Positions 29,192 through 38,561 of a stretch of DNA of 64,000 bases are shown in pieces. Origin of the DNA: Capsulimonadales bacterium (lineage in GTDB: Bacteria; Armatimonadota; Armatimonadia; Armatimonadales; Armatimonadaceae). Within the stretch, counting starts at the first letter, position 1; the number at the start of each line of letters is the position of its first letter. The notes beneath the pieces were generated by a model. That model made no database searches, was not told the DNA's origin, and saw only the letters and a list, made by a program, of their open reading frames with translations. The stretch covers positions 32,001-96,000 of the forward strand of contig JANRLW010000006.1 of NCBI GenBank assembly GCA_033762295.1, written 5' to 3'. The translations under genes were made by a program, and so were the position numbers.

Positions 29192-29818
29192 TTATGGACT
29201 CTCGGGAACCACGAAAAGTTCCGCGACCGCCGCCAGTTTGTCACGCAAGGCGAGCCGGGCGCGATTCAGCCGTGACTTGACGGTTCCCATCGGCAGACCG
29301 GTGATTTCGGCGATCTCCTCGTAGGCCAGACCCTGCGTATGGTAGAGGACTACCATCACCCGCTGCGCCTCGGGGAGCGACGCGATCGCCCGTTCGAGCA
29401 GACGCCGCCGCTCGTCCCCCTCCGCCATCTCCTCCGGACCGGGCGCCGGGTCCTCGAACTGCCGCACCACACTGGACTCGTCGAGTTCCATCTCCTCCTC
29501 CAGCGACCGGGACGGTCGGGCGCGTTTACGCTTTCGATCATCGAGGAACACATTGGTGACGATGCGATAGATCCAGGTGGAGAAAGCCGAGTCGCCGCGG
29601 AACGATTTGAGGTTGTTCCAGGCTCGGACAAAGGCCTCCTGGGCGATATCGGAGGCATCGTCGTACGACCCGGTCAGTCGATAAGCGGTATTGAAAACGC
29701 TTCGCTCGTACCGATGGACGAGTTGGTTAAAGGCTTCCCGCTCGCCGCGCCGACTCCGTTCGATCAGCGCACGGTCGTCCGCGGTCGCGACACTCCGGTT
29801 CCGTTTAGGGCCGAACAC
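29192..29818 (-). CDS. ECF sigma-70 factor (RpoE/SigW-like)
   Basis: DASDIAQEAF, FSTWIYRIVTN, YEEIAEITGLPMGTVKSRLNRAR. Confidence 0.93.
   Translation of the reverse strand: MFGPKRNRSVATADDRALIERSRRGEREAFNQLVHRYERSVFNTAYRLTGSYDDASDIAQEAFVRAWNNLKSFRGDSAFSTWIYRIVTNVFLDDRKRKRARPSRSLEEEMELDESSVVRQFEDPAPGPEEMAEGDERRRLLERAIASLPEAQRVMVVLYHTQGLAYEEIAEITGLPMGTVKSRLNRARLALRDKLAAVAELFVVPESP
29195..29222 (-). promoter_or_regulatory. Candidate ECF promoter inside sigma-gene 3' end, driving the anti-sigma gene
   Basis: GGAACTT-N16-GTCCA, RpoE-like consensus. Confidence 0.45.
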
Positions 29819-29821
29819 CGT

Positions 29822-30403
29822 TTACCGTCGCCCTCCTGCCGAACCGCGGACACTGTTGCGAACGGCTTGCTGAGTGATCGGACCGCCGGTATTGGCGCCG
29901 CCGATGGCCTTCTGTTCCTCCGAGGTCAGCGACATGGGGGAACCACCGGCGACCACCGGCTTCGCATAGACCCGCATATCGTTCCGCGAGTAAAGCCCCG
30001 AAATCACCAGGCCGTTGTTGGCCTCATCCAGAAGCGCCAGCGAAAAACTCTGTTCGCCACCGACATCGGCGAACGCGTCGAATCGCACCAGTCCGACCTT
30101 TTGCAGACAGCGGCGAATCGCCTCGGAATTTTCGGCCCCCGTGCGATACGCCTCGGAGATCCGTTCCTTCACTTCCCGCGTTCCGTCCGCATGGTCCAGG
30201 AGCATGCGCTCCAGACTCCCGCCCTCCGCGCCACGGAGAAGCCGGGCCTGTTTTCGTGTAAGGATGGTCAGCCGGATTGCCAGAACGATCAGGCCGACGA
30301 GCAGGAATCCGTAGGCGGCCAGAGCGGTAGCCAGCGCCATCGCCGGCTCCCGTCGGACCCAATCGACCAGTATCGAAAAAATCTGTTCCATGCGCATGGG
30401 CAT
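29822..30403 (-). CDS. DUF4446 family protein
   Basis: N-terminal TM, KVGLVRFDAF.DVGGEQSFSLALLD, RVYAKP, LTSEE. Confidence 0.85.
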   Translation of the reverse strand: MPMRMEQIFSILVDWVRREPAMALATALAAYGFLLVGLIVLAIRLTILTRKQARLLRGAEGGSLERMLLDHADGTREVKERISEAYRTGAENSEAIRRCLQKVGLVRFDAFADVGGEQSFSLALLDEANNGLVISGLYSRNDMRVYAKPVVAGGSPMSLTSEEQKAIGGANTGGPITQQAVRNSVRGSAGGRR

Positions 30404-30591
30404 CGTTCCCTATGATAACATTTTCCCGCCGTTTCCGCCGTCGGCCCGCAGCCATTCGTCCCATTTCGGTACGTTGCCGCAACGTCAGGTCGCCATAGTG
30501 AAACATTTCTCAGGACGGTAAATACCCCTGTACTTTACCTAGACAGAAACCATAATGGAAATGACAAAGTCGGAGGAGAAATGCAACCGAT

Positions 30592-31776
30592 ATGGCGCAA
30601 CAGGAAAGTGTTCCGCTGGACAAGATACGAACTAATATAAATCAGCCACGCAAAACCTTCTACAATGAGACGCTTGAGGAACTGGCGGCGTCGATCAAGG
30701 AGCGTGGTGTCCTGCAACCGATCACGGTTCGCCCCATGTCCGGACCCGACGCCGGTTTCTATGAAATCGTCATGGGCGAGCGGCGCTATCGCGCGGCCCG
30801 GATGGCCGGCCTGACCCAAATTCCCTGCGTCATCAAGACGATGAGCGATGAGGAAGCCGCCGCCGACGCTCTGCTCGAAAACTTTCAGCGGGAGGACATG
30901 AACCCGATCGAGAAAGGCCGCGCCATCCAGGGCCTTCTCCAGTTCATGAGTTATGAAAAGGTCGCCAAAACCCTCGGAGTTTCCGAAACGACGGTCCGAC
31001 GACTACTCGAACTGCTCGAGTTGCCGATCCAGATTCAGCAGGAACTGATCCAGCGCCCCGGCGCGGGCGAAGGCCCGTTCAATGAAGGACATGCGCGCCT
31101 CCTCATTCCGTTAAACGATGATCCGAATACTCAGTCCCGCCTCGCGCAAAAGGTCAAATCCGAAAAGCTGAACGTTTCCGACCTCGATCGCCTGGTAAAT
31201 GCCATTCGGCAGTTCCCCGCCAAGAAGGAAGCCTTTCTGCGGGTGCCGATCGCGGTCACCGACCAGATGATCCGCTCCCTCGGCGCGCGCGAGGAACGCA
31301 AAAAACCGTACCGCGCCCAGACCGCCGATCAGCACCTCAAAGTGATCGACAAGCAGGCGCAGACGCTCTCCGACCTGCTCGACGACCGGATCGGCGAGTA
31401 CCTGACGGCGGAGCAGATGAACCAGTTGCTCGCTTCGACCGCCGAACTCGGTCGCGAACTGGAGACGTTCAACAACAAACTTCGCGATGCGCTGGCGAAC
31501 AAGGATTTCGGCTTCCGCGAGGTTTATATCCACTGCCCGCTCTGCGGACGCGTCGAACTGATCGGTTCGCTCCGTTGCTCGGTGTGCTGGACCATCCTTC
31601 GCCGGTGTTACGATTGCGGAAACTACGATCGTACCTACGAAAAATGCGGAGTGACCGGCGCGAAGGTCTACCTCTCGGAAGCGGAGAATCCGAAGGACTT
31701 TTCCAAATCGTACAAGTGTCCCATGTACAAACCGAAATTTGAGGCTCAGGCCATCAAGCTGAAAATGGTAGCTTAG
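30592..31776 (+). CDS. ParB/Spo0J family protein with C-terminal Cys-rich (zinc-ribbon-like) domain
   Basis: QPRKTF, LAASIKERGVLQPI, GERRYRAA, ENFQREDMNPIE, HTH; tail CPLC-CSVC-CYDC-C-C. Confidence 0.85.
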   Translation: MAQQESVPLDKIRTNINQPRKTFYNETLEELAASIKERGVLQPITVRPMSGPDAGFYEIVMGERRYRAARMAGLTQIPCVIKTMSDEEAAADALLENFQREDMNPIEKGRAIQGLLQFMSYEKVAKTLGVSETTVRRLLELLELPIQIQQELIQRPGAGEGPFNEGHARLLIPLNDDPNTQSRLAQKVKSEKLNVSDLDRLVNAIRQFPAKKEAFLRVPIAVTDQMIRSLGAREERKKPYRAQTADQHLKVIDKQAQTLSDLLDDRIGEYLTAEQMNQLLASTAELGRELETFNNKLRDALANKDFGFREVYIHCPLCGRVELIGSLRCSVCWTILRRCYDCGNYDRTYEKCGVTGAKVYLSEAENPKDFSKSYKCPMYKPKFEAQAIKLKMVA

Positions 31777-31825
31777 CCGAAGCGGAGCCATCGAACTCCG
31801 ACCACTTTGTTATTTTGGCGGACCC

Positions 31826-33025
31826 CTACCGGGGTTCGCCTTTTTGTTGGGTACGATCCTGCGCCTCGGAATACAGGCGGAGCATCTCCGTCGTCATTTG
31901 TTCGGGCGTCAGGCGAAGGGGGGTGTTTCGCGCGGCTTCGGAGAATCGCGCCCGGAGAGGAAGATCGACCAGAATTTCCGTCAGGGCGGCGGCGAAGGGT
32001 TCCGGCGACGGGTCGACCAGTCGCCCATCGATTCCGTCCCGGAGAAACTCCGGCGCGCCGCCTCCCCGTACCGCCACACAGGGCAGTCCGTAACTCATGG
32101 CCTCGCAAAGGACGACACCCTGGGTTTCCGACGAGGAAGGAAACGCGAAAACGGAGGCGAGGGAGTAAAGCGGCGCCAGTTCTCCGAAAGTCAGGAATCC
32201 TGTCAGGCGTACACGCGAACGAAGTGCGAGCCGTTCGATCGCCCGTTCCACGTCCGAACGAAATGGGCCGTCGCCCGCCAGTACCAGAAGGCAGTGCGGA
32301 AGGTTTCGCAACGCGGCAAACGCCGCCAGGAGCAGATCGGGGTTTTTCTCACGCGCGAGTCGTCCGACGAAAAGGACGACCGGACACCCTTCCGGCAGAT
32401 CGAACCGTCGTCGGGCCAGCCGAATCGCCTCCTCACTTACCGCAGAGGCATCCGGAACACCGGTCGGCACGCGTCGCAGTCGCTCCGTCGGCAATCCGGT
32501 TTCGCCGAGACGACGCCCCGACTCATTCGAAGGAACGATGACGAACTGACATCGCTCGTAATAGAACCGCAGATACCGGCGGACCACGGAGGCCACCCAC
32601 CCGGCCGGCAGCAGAGGTACGTAATGCGAATACTCCGTGTACAGCGTATGAAACGTGGAAATCAGGGGGATACGTCGTTCGCGCGCCAGTTTCGCGCCCT
32701 GAAGGCCGATTCCGAACGGATGGTGGGTATGGACGATATCGGGCTTCCATTCATGAAGCGTTCGCAGTGAGGTCAGGCCGGGCGGATAGGCGAACGGGTT
32801 TTGTGGATTCAGCGGGGTCCGCCAGGAAGGAACACGCACAATGGGCAGGCTATCGGCCGCGCTCCCGGTGACGCTTTGCGGCGAGTCGTGGTGCCCCGGG
32901 AAGCGCGGAGCGACGATCAGGACTTCGTGACCGGCCGACCGGAGGTTCTCGGCGAGGGTTCGCACGGACACGGAAACGCCGTTGACGACCGGGAAGAAGC
33001 TTTCGGTGAAAAGAGCGACCCGCAC
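31826..33025 (-). CDS. Glycosyltransferase family 4 (glycolipid synthase-like)
   Basis: FTESFFPVVNGV, HTHHPF, TFHTLY, FVGRLAREKN, SETQGVVLCEAM. Confidence 0.88.
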   Translation of the reverse strand: MRVALFTESFFPVVNGVSVSVRTLAENLRSAGHEVLIVAPRFPGHHDSPQSVTGSAADSLPIVRVPSWRTPLNPQNPFAYPPGLTSLRTLHEWKPDIVHTHHPFGIGLQGAKLARERRIPLISTFHTLYTEYSHYVPLLPAGWVASVVRRYLRFYYERCQFVIVPSNESGRRLGETGLPTERLRRVPTGVPDASAVSEEAIRLARRRFDLPEGCPVVLFVGRLAREKNPDLLLAAFAALRNLPHCLLVLAGDGPFRSDVERAIERLALRSRVRLTGFLTFGELAPLYSLASVFAFPSSSETQGVVLCEAMSYGLPCVAVRGGGAPEFLRDGIDGRLVDPSPEPFAAALTEILVDLPLRARFSEAARNTPLRLTPEQMTTEMLRLYSEAQDRTQQKGEPR

Positions 33026-33028
33026 GGG

Positions 33029-33382
33029 CTAACCGTTTTCCTTCGACTCCCAGCGGAGGCAATCCCCGATTCGGACCGGGTGACGACGCACCGTGCCGCC
33101 CGGCAATTCCCAGACGATATCGGACCCGGCGACGCGCGGCCCGATTTTGAAGGGACGAATCTCCTCAACCACCATCAGCACGTCCCCGTTCCGTCGGCAG
33201 AAGATCAGGTCGAGCGGGGTCGGAACGAAGGCGGTGTGGACCCAGTCGCAGGAGTCGATCCCGACGGCGTCGCCTTCGGGCAGATTTTTCCCCATGACCC
33301 CGAAAAAACGACCGACGAAGGTCGTGTACAGGCGAGCCCTGTCCGCGATCCGTTCGCCGGTCGTCCGATTCCGGAGTACCAC
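33029..33382 (-). CDS. DUF192 family protein
   Basis: RFFGVMG, VHTAFVPTPLDLIF, VWELPGG, IGD; start uncertain. Confidence 0.75.
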   Translation of the reverse strand: MVLRNRTTGERIADRARLYTTFVGRFFGVMGKNLPEGDAVGIDSCDWVHTAFVPTPLDLIFCRRNGDVLMVVEEIRPFKIGPRVAGSDIVWELPGGTVRRHPVRIGDCLRWESKENG

Positions 33383-33405
33383 GTCGTCATCCGCCGGTGC
33401 GTGTG

Positions 33406-34029
33406 TCAGTCGGCCGCCGATTCCCCGTTGGTTTCGATGTCCTCGTCCTCGTAGCGTCCGCGGCGCGAGCCCTGTTCCATAAAGGAGAGAACGTCCGACA
33501 GCCGAAACCGACGCTGCTGGCCCACCGTCCGGAAGTGCGGCAGCACTCCCCGGTTGGTATAACGTCGCACCGTGGCCGGGCAGACACCGAGGACCCGCGC
33601 GGTTTCCTCCAGGGTGAGGGTCGGGTTCAGGAGACGTTCGATCAACTGCTGCCGCGTTTCGTCGAAACCGCGTTTGTAGTATTTCTGGGCAACTTCCTCC
33701 TCGACCGGCACCGGGATGCTCGCCAGCAGTTGAATGTGGCGTGGCAGCCGATTCCACATCGGATCGTTGGAGACCGGTTCCATGCTTTCGTCGATCGGAA
33801 CGGCTTTCACCGTCGTCTCGCCCGCATCATTTTCCTCGATCGCGACCGTGATGCCGTTACGAAGCACGTAACGGGTATTCCTGGCCGGTGTATGGGCCCC
33901 ATTAGTGGTTCGATTCATGTCTTCGACAACGACGTTTCCATTTTCCATCTGTTTCAACTCCTTGACGGAAACGCCTTGCGCTGTCTCATTCCTTCTGAGG
34001 AACTCGTAGTACTCATCCAGACCTGGCAA
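33406..34029 (-). CDS. Protein with C-terminal MerR/BldC/Xis-like HTH (HTH_17)
   Basis: LTLEETARVLGVCPATVRRYTNRGVLPHFRTVGQQRRFRLSDV. Confidence 0.8.
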   Translation of the reverse strand: MPGLDEYYEFLRRNETAQGVSVKELKQMENGNVVVEDMNRTTNGAHTPARNTRYVLRNGITVAIEENDAGETTVKAVPIDESMEPVSNDPMWNRLPRHIQLLASIPVPVEEEVAQKYYKRGFDETRQQLIERLLNPTLTLEETARVLGVCPATVRRYTNRGVLPHFRTVGQQRRFRLSDVLSFMEQGSRRGRYEDEDIETNGESAAD

Positions 34030-34083
34030 CTGTCCGTCCGTCCTTTAGGTAAGTGTAATAGTTTAGGTTAGTAACGACTCATC

Positions 34084-35193
34084 TTATACCGTTCCGCGCG
34101 TTACGGCAAGCATCGCATCGCCAAAACTGAGAAAACGATAAGGATTTGTCAGGGCTGCCGTGTACGCCGCCCGCATTTGATCCCGTCCGACGAACGCCGC
34201 AACCAGCAGAAGCAACGTCGAATGCGGTTGGTGAAAATTCGTAATTAGCCCATCGGTGGCGCGAAATCGAAACCCGGGCAGAACGAAAAGTCTTGTCAGG
34301 CCCTCGGTGGCCGTTACCCGCATCCCCTCCGGTGCGTTCCGCGCCGCCGTTTCCAGCGCACGTAACGTGGTCGTCCCGACCGCAATCACCCGTCCGCGGC
34401 AGGTATTCACGCGTTCCGCCGTCTCCTCCGGCACGGAAAAACTCTCCTCATGCATCTCATGGTTTCGAACGTCGTCGGTTCGAATCGGTCGGAACGTTCC
34501 GAGTCCGACATCGAGTCGTACCGTTGCCGTTCGTATTCCCGCCTGTCGGAGACGATCCAGCAGTTCCGGCGTAAAGTGCAAACCTGCGGTCGGCGCGGCC
34601 GCCGAACCGGGTATGCGGGCATAGACCGTCTGGTATCGCTCCGGATTCGCCAGCGGTCGTGTGATATAAGGCGGCAGCGGTGTCCGCCCGGCGGCCGTCA
34701 GAAGTTCGGCAACGTCCCCTCCGTCGACGGAAAAAAAGCGCAGGATACGTCCCCCATCCGGGGTACGTACGCCGGCCTCCGCGCGGAGTCGGGCTTCTTC
34801 AAAAAGGAGAACATCGTTGTCCCGGACCTTCTTTCCGGGTCGAACCAGCGCTTCGAAACGGTCCGGGCCGACCTCCGGAGCCGGTCTAAGCAGAAGAATT
34901 TCCACTTCTCCGCCACCGTTTCGTTCACCGAACAACCGCACCGCCGTCACCCGCGTTTCGTTCAGCACCAGCAGATCATCAGGTTCCAGCAGGTCGGGCA
35001 GTTCATGGAAGATGCGATGTTCCAGCGTCCCCTCGCCCCTGGGTACGACGAGAAGCCTCGCCCGGTCGCGCGGTTCGATCGGCTCCTGAGCGATCCGTTC
35101 GGGCGGCAGAACGTAATCATAGTCGGCAAGCGAGATCGGCGCTGTTTCGTCGGGAGTGGACGTCACGGCTTCCGCGGCACCTTCCGTGGGCAT
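34084..35193 (-). CDS. queA: S-adenosylmethionine:tRNA ribosyltransferase-isomerase
   Basis: PLPPYI, YQTVYA, GSAAAPTAGLHF, AVGTT, TNFHQP, YRFLSFGDAM. Confidence 0.96.
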   Translation of the reverse strand: MPTEGAAEAVTSTPDETAPISLADYDYVLPPERIAQEPIEPRDRARLLVVPRGEGTLEHRIFHELPDLLEPDDLLVLNETRVTAVRLFGERNGGGEVEILLLRPAPEVGPDRFEALVRPGKKVRDNDVLLFEEARLRAEAGVRTPDGGRILRFFSVDGGDVAELLTAAGRTPLPPYITRPLANPERYQTVYARIPGSAAAPTAGLHFTPELLDRLRQAGIRTATVRLDVGLGTFRPIRTDDVRNHEMHEESFSVPEETAERVNTCRGRVIAVGTTTLRALETAARNAPEGMRVTATEGLTRLFVLPGFRFRATDGLITNFHQPHSTLLLLVAAFVGRDQMRAAYTAALTNPYRFLSFGDAMLAVTRGTV

Positions 35194-35279
35194 AGGGTGC
35201 GGGTTCCGGGCCTCGCCGTTGTTTCCCGGAACGTGCGGGACAGCGGAACGCGTTCCACCGCCCGCTGACCGTCGTTCGT

Positions 35280-35684
35280 TTACGGCTTTCCGAACCAGAG
35301 CGCGATTTCGGCCTCGGCGTTCTCGGGTGAGTCGGAGCCATGAATCAGGTTGGAGAGGATATCGCAGGTGTAGTCGCCCCGAATGGTCCCCGGCTGAGCG
35401 TTCAGAGGTTTGGTCGCGCCGATCATCTGGCGGGTCAGAGCGACCGCGTCGGGTCCTTCCCAGACCATCGCTACGACCGGACCGGAGGTCACGAAATCGA
35501 CCAGTTCTCCGAAGAATGGCTTTTCGCGGTGCACCTCGTAATGCGTTTCGGCCACCTCGCGGGACGGCGTCAGCATCTTCAGTTCGGCAAGTTTCAAACC
35601 GCGATTTTCAAAGCGGCGGATGATTTCGCCGACGAGACGGCGCTGGACGCCGTCCGGCTTCACCATAATGTAGGTTCGTTCCAT
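35280..35684 (-). CDS. ndk: Nucleoside diphosphate kinase
   Basis: [28 protein letters not shown]. Confidence 0.97.
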   Translation of the reverse strand: MERTYIMVKPDGVQRRLVGEIIRRFENRGLKLAELKMLTPSREVAETHYEVHREKPFFGELVDFVTSGPVVAMVWEGPDAVALTRQMIGATKPLNAQPGTIRGDYTCDILSNLIHGSDSPENAEAEIALWFGKP

Positions 35685-35807
35685 CGTCGATTCCTTAATG
35701 ACCGGCTGATTTTTCTTCGCTCCCCGGTAACCCGGAGGGGAGTTGGCATGTCTAACCGGGAAGCATTTTACCGTGTTCCGGACGTTTTGCCCCGGTTCGC
35801 AGGCAAT

Positions 35808-36734
35808 TCACATCGAAAATCGTTCAAGAAATGCGGACAGCGCGGCAAGGTCCTGCGCCCGATCCCCAAGAGCGGCAGGGACGATCTCGAGTCCGTCGGC
35901 GACACGGCTCCAGGCGCGGACACGCACGGTTTCGCTCACGATCGGGAGCAGCAGATCACCGGCATGGACGGCCAGCGTTCCCAGAATGACGCGCTCGGGG
36001 TTCAAAAGCATCGCCAGAGTCGCAATCGCCCGGCCCAGCATCTCTCCGGCCTGTTCCACCGCCCGACGGGCGGGCGGGTCGCCGTTCCGCGCCGCGGCGA
36101 TGACGGCGGGTCCGGTCGGTTCCCCGACAAAACCGAATTCCAGGGCGATGCGTGTCAGCGAAGGCCCGGAGGCGTAGGCTTCCGCGCAACCGCGCAGACC
36201 GCACTTGCAGGGCCGACCGTCGGGCACGACGGCGATATGGCCGACCTCGCCCCCTGCTCCGCACTTTCCGCGGTGCAATTGACCATTCAGAATGAATCCG
36301 CCGCCGATCCCCGTTCCGACCGTCATAAAGACGAGATTTCGCGCGCCGCGTCCCGCGCCGAACCGGAACTCTGCCAGAGCGGTGGCGTCGGCGTCATTTT
36401 CGAGGGCGACCGGCAGTCCGTCGAGGCGGCTCGACAGCGCCTGGGCGAGCGGATACCCTTCGCTTCCCCATCCCGGCAGATTGGGCGCATCGAAGACCAG
36501 TCCCCGGCCGGCGTCGGCCGGCGCACCGGCGGAAACGCCGACCCCGACGACGTTACCCGCATAGCCGGACCGGACCGCGACCGCCAGCTCCGTCAAAAAG
36601 TCGACCAGTCCGCTGGCGTCCGCGCCGACCGGCGTCGGGGCGCTTTGCCGCGCCAGGATAACGCCGTCCGCCGACGCCAGGACGGCGGCCGATTTCGTAC
36701 CGCCCAGATCCAGTCCGAGCACGACCTTTTCCAT
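35808..36734 (-). CDS. ROK family sugar kinase (glucokinase-like)
   Basis: GLDLGGTK, ENDA, GTGIGGG, GEVGH, CKCGLRGCAE. Confidence 0.92.
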   Translation of the reverse strand: MEKVVLGLDLGGTKSAAVLASADGVILARQSAPTPVGADASGLVDFLTELAVAVRSGYAGNVVGVGVSAGAPADAGRGLVFDAPNLPGWGSEGYPLAQALSSRLDGLPVALENDADATALAEFRFGAGRGARNLVFMTVGTGIGGGFILNGQLHRGKCGAGGEVGHIAVVPDGRPCKCGLRGCAEAYASGPSLTRIALEFGFVGEPTGPAVIAAARNGDPPARRAVEQAGEMLGRAIATLAMLLNPERVILGTLAVHAGDLLLPIVSETVRVRAWSRVADGLEIVPAALGDRAQDLAALSAFLERFSM

Positions 36735-36786
36735 GTCGACCAATTCCCTTTTTCCGGGCGGGTTCCCTGCACGAGCCGCCGAGCGC

Positions 36787-36815
36787 TTGACAGAACCGCC
36801 TCCGGACTCTATAAT
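36787..36815 (+). promoter_or_regulatory. Consensus sigma70 promoter of livG-livF
   Basis: TTGACA-N17-TATAAT. Confidence 0.8.
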
Positions 36816-36868
36816 CCTCCCATCGATCGTCCGTGCCTCGCCGGCGGTCCGACGCTTTCCACAGTCGA

Positions 36869-37687
36869 ATGGCAGTTCTTTCGTTAACCGATGTCACCAA
36901 GCGATTCGGCGGCCTGGTCGCCGTCAACGGGGTCGGCCTGACTCTGGAAAAGGGCGACCTCGCGGGCCTGATCGGACCGAACGGAGCGGGCAAAACCACC
37001 GTTTTCAATCTCCTGACGGGCGTTTACGCGCCCACCTCCGGTTCGATCCGATTCGAGGGTCAGGAAATCGCCGGACGGAAGCCTCACGAAATCGCGCGTC
37101 TCGGCATGTGTCGTACCTTCCAGAACATCCGGCTGTTTCCCGGACTGACGGTTCTCGACAATGTTCGAACCGCAGCCTCGGTGCGCGATAGCGTCGGTTT
37201 GTTCGGAACCGTTGTTCGGACCCGGCGGTTCGCCGAATCCGAAGCGTCCATCACAAAAGAGGCGCGCGAACTGCTGGCGCTACTGGACCTGCAGGACGTC
37301 GAGGAGGAGTTCGCGACATCGTTGCCCTACGGCAAGCAGCGGCGGTTGGAAATCGCCCGCGCGCTGGCGACTCGCCCGAAGGTCCTGCTGCTGGATGAAC
37401 CGGCGGCCGGCATGAATCCGCAGGAGTCCGGCGATCTCCTCCGTCTCATTCGCCGGCTGCGGGATGAGTTCGGGGTCACGATCCTTCTGATCGAACACGA
37501 TATGAGCGTGGTCATGGGGGTTTGCGAACATATCACCGTGCTGGTCTACGGGCAGGCGATCGCTCACGGAACGCCGGCGGAGATACGAAGCCATCCGAAA
37601 GTGATCGACGCCTATCTGGGAACCGACCACGCCGACCCTATGGTCTCCACGGACCGCACCGACCGCACGAACGGGGATACCGACTGA
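36869..37687 (+). CDS. livG: Branched-chain amino acid ABC transporter ATPase
   Basis: GPNGAGKTT, RTFQNIRLF, LPYGKQRRLEIARALA, LDEPAAGMN, IEHDM. Confidence 0.92.
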   Translation: MAVLSLTDVTKRFGGLVAVNGVGLTLEKGDLAGLIGPNGAGKTTVFNLLTGVYAPTSGSIRFEGQEIAGRKPHEIARLGMCRTFQNIRLFPGLTVLDNVRTAASVRDSVGLFGTVVRTRRFAESEASITKEARELLALLDLQDVEEEFATSLPYGKQRRLEIARALATRPKVLLLDEPAAGMNPQESGDLLRLIRRLRDEFGVTILLIEHDMSVVMGVCEHITVLVYGQAIAHGTPAEIRSHPKVIDAYLGTDHADPMVSTDRTDRTNGDTD

Positions 37688-38410
37688 ATGTCGCTTTCCT
37701 CCCCGATGCTCAGTCTGACCGATCTGGATGTCTATTACGGAGCCATCCATGCGTTGCGCGGCGTCTCGGTCACCGTCAATCCCGGTGAGATCGTTACCCT
37801 GATCGGGGCGAACGGCGCGGGAAAATCGACCCTCTTGCGTGCCGTTTCCGGGATGGTGCGGCCCCGCGCCGGGAAGATCGTTTTCCTGGCCGACGAAATC
37901 ACCCGCTCCTCGATCGCTTCGATCGTCTCACGCAAACTGGTGCACTGCCCGGAAGGCCGACGAATCTTCGCCAACATGACGGTCCGTGAGAACCTGGAAC
38001 TGGGCGCGTTCCTCCGCAACGATCGGGAGGCTATCCGTACCGATATGGAGCACGTTCTGACCCTGTTTCCCCGCCTGCAGGAGAGATTCGCCCAGTCGGC
38101 CGGAACCCTTTCCGGTGGGGAGCAGCAGATGCTGGCGATCGGGCGGGCGCTGATGACGAAACCGAAACTGTTGATGCTTGATGAGCCCTCCCTCGGGCTT
38201 GCGCCCAACCTCGTTCAGGAGATTTTCCGGATCATTCGGACGATCAACGAGGAGGGAGTCGCCGTGCTCCTGGTCGAGCAGAACGCCAATCAGGCGCTGG
38301 CGATCGCCCACCGTGGGTATGTTCTGGAAACCGGACGAATCACGCTTTCCGGTCCGGCAGGCGACCTGTTGAGCGACCCGGAGGTCAAGCGGGCCTATCT
38401 CGGAGGATAG
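37688..38410 (+). CDS. livF: Branched-chain amino acid ABC transporter ATPase
   Basis: GANGAGKST, PEGRRIF, LSGGEQQMLA, LDEPSLGLAP, VEQN. Confidence 0.93.
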   Translation: MSLSSPMLSLTDLDVYYGAIHALRGVSVTVNPGEIVTLIGANGAGKSTLLRAVSGMVRPRAGKIVFLADEITRSSIASIVSRKLVHCPEGRRIFANMTVRENLELGAFLRNDREAIRTDMEHVLTLFPRLQERFAQSAGTLSGGEQQMLAIGRALMTKPKLLMLDEPSLGLAPNLVQEIFRIIRTINEEGVAVLLVEQNANQALAIAHRGYVLETGRITLSGPAGDLLSDPEVKRAYLGG

Positions 38411-38561
38411 GCGACCTTGCCTTCGCGGCGCGGCACCGTAAAATTCCTTTCCGATTCCGAACCATTTTGCTAAAGTCCCTTACAAAATCGTTCATCATAC
38501 GATAAAATCTTTACCCGGCAAACCGTAAAATTACTGATTTTTTGAATTATCTGGGTGAAGG

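Noticed and set aside
30498..30505. parS site upstream of the ParB-like gene
   Set aside because: Only the half-site GTGAAACA is present; the left arm does not match.
33406..34029. Excisionase of a mobile element
   Set aside because: No integrase or att repeats; flanked by queA and envelope genes.
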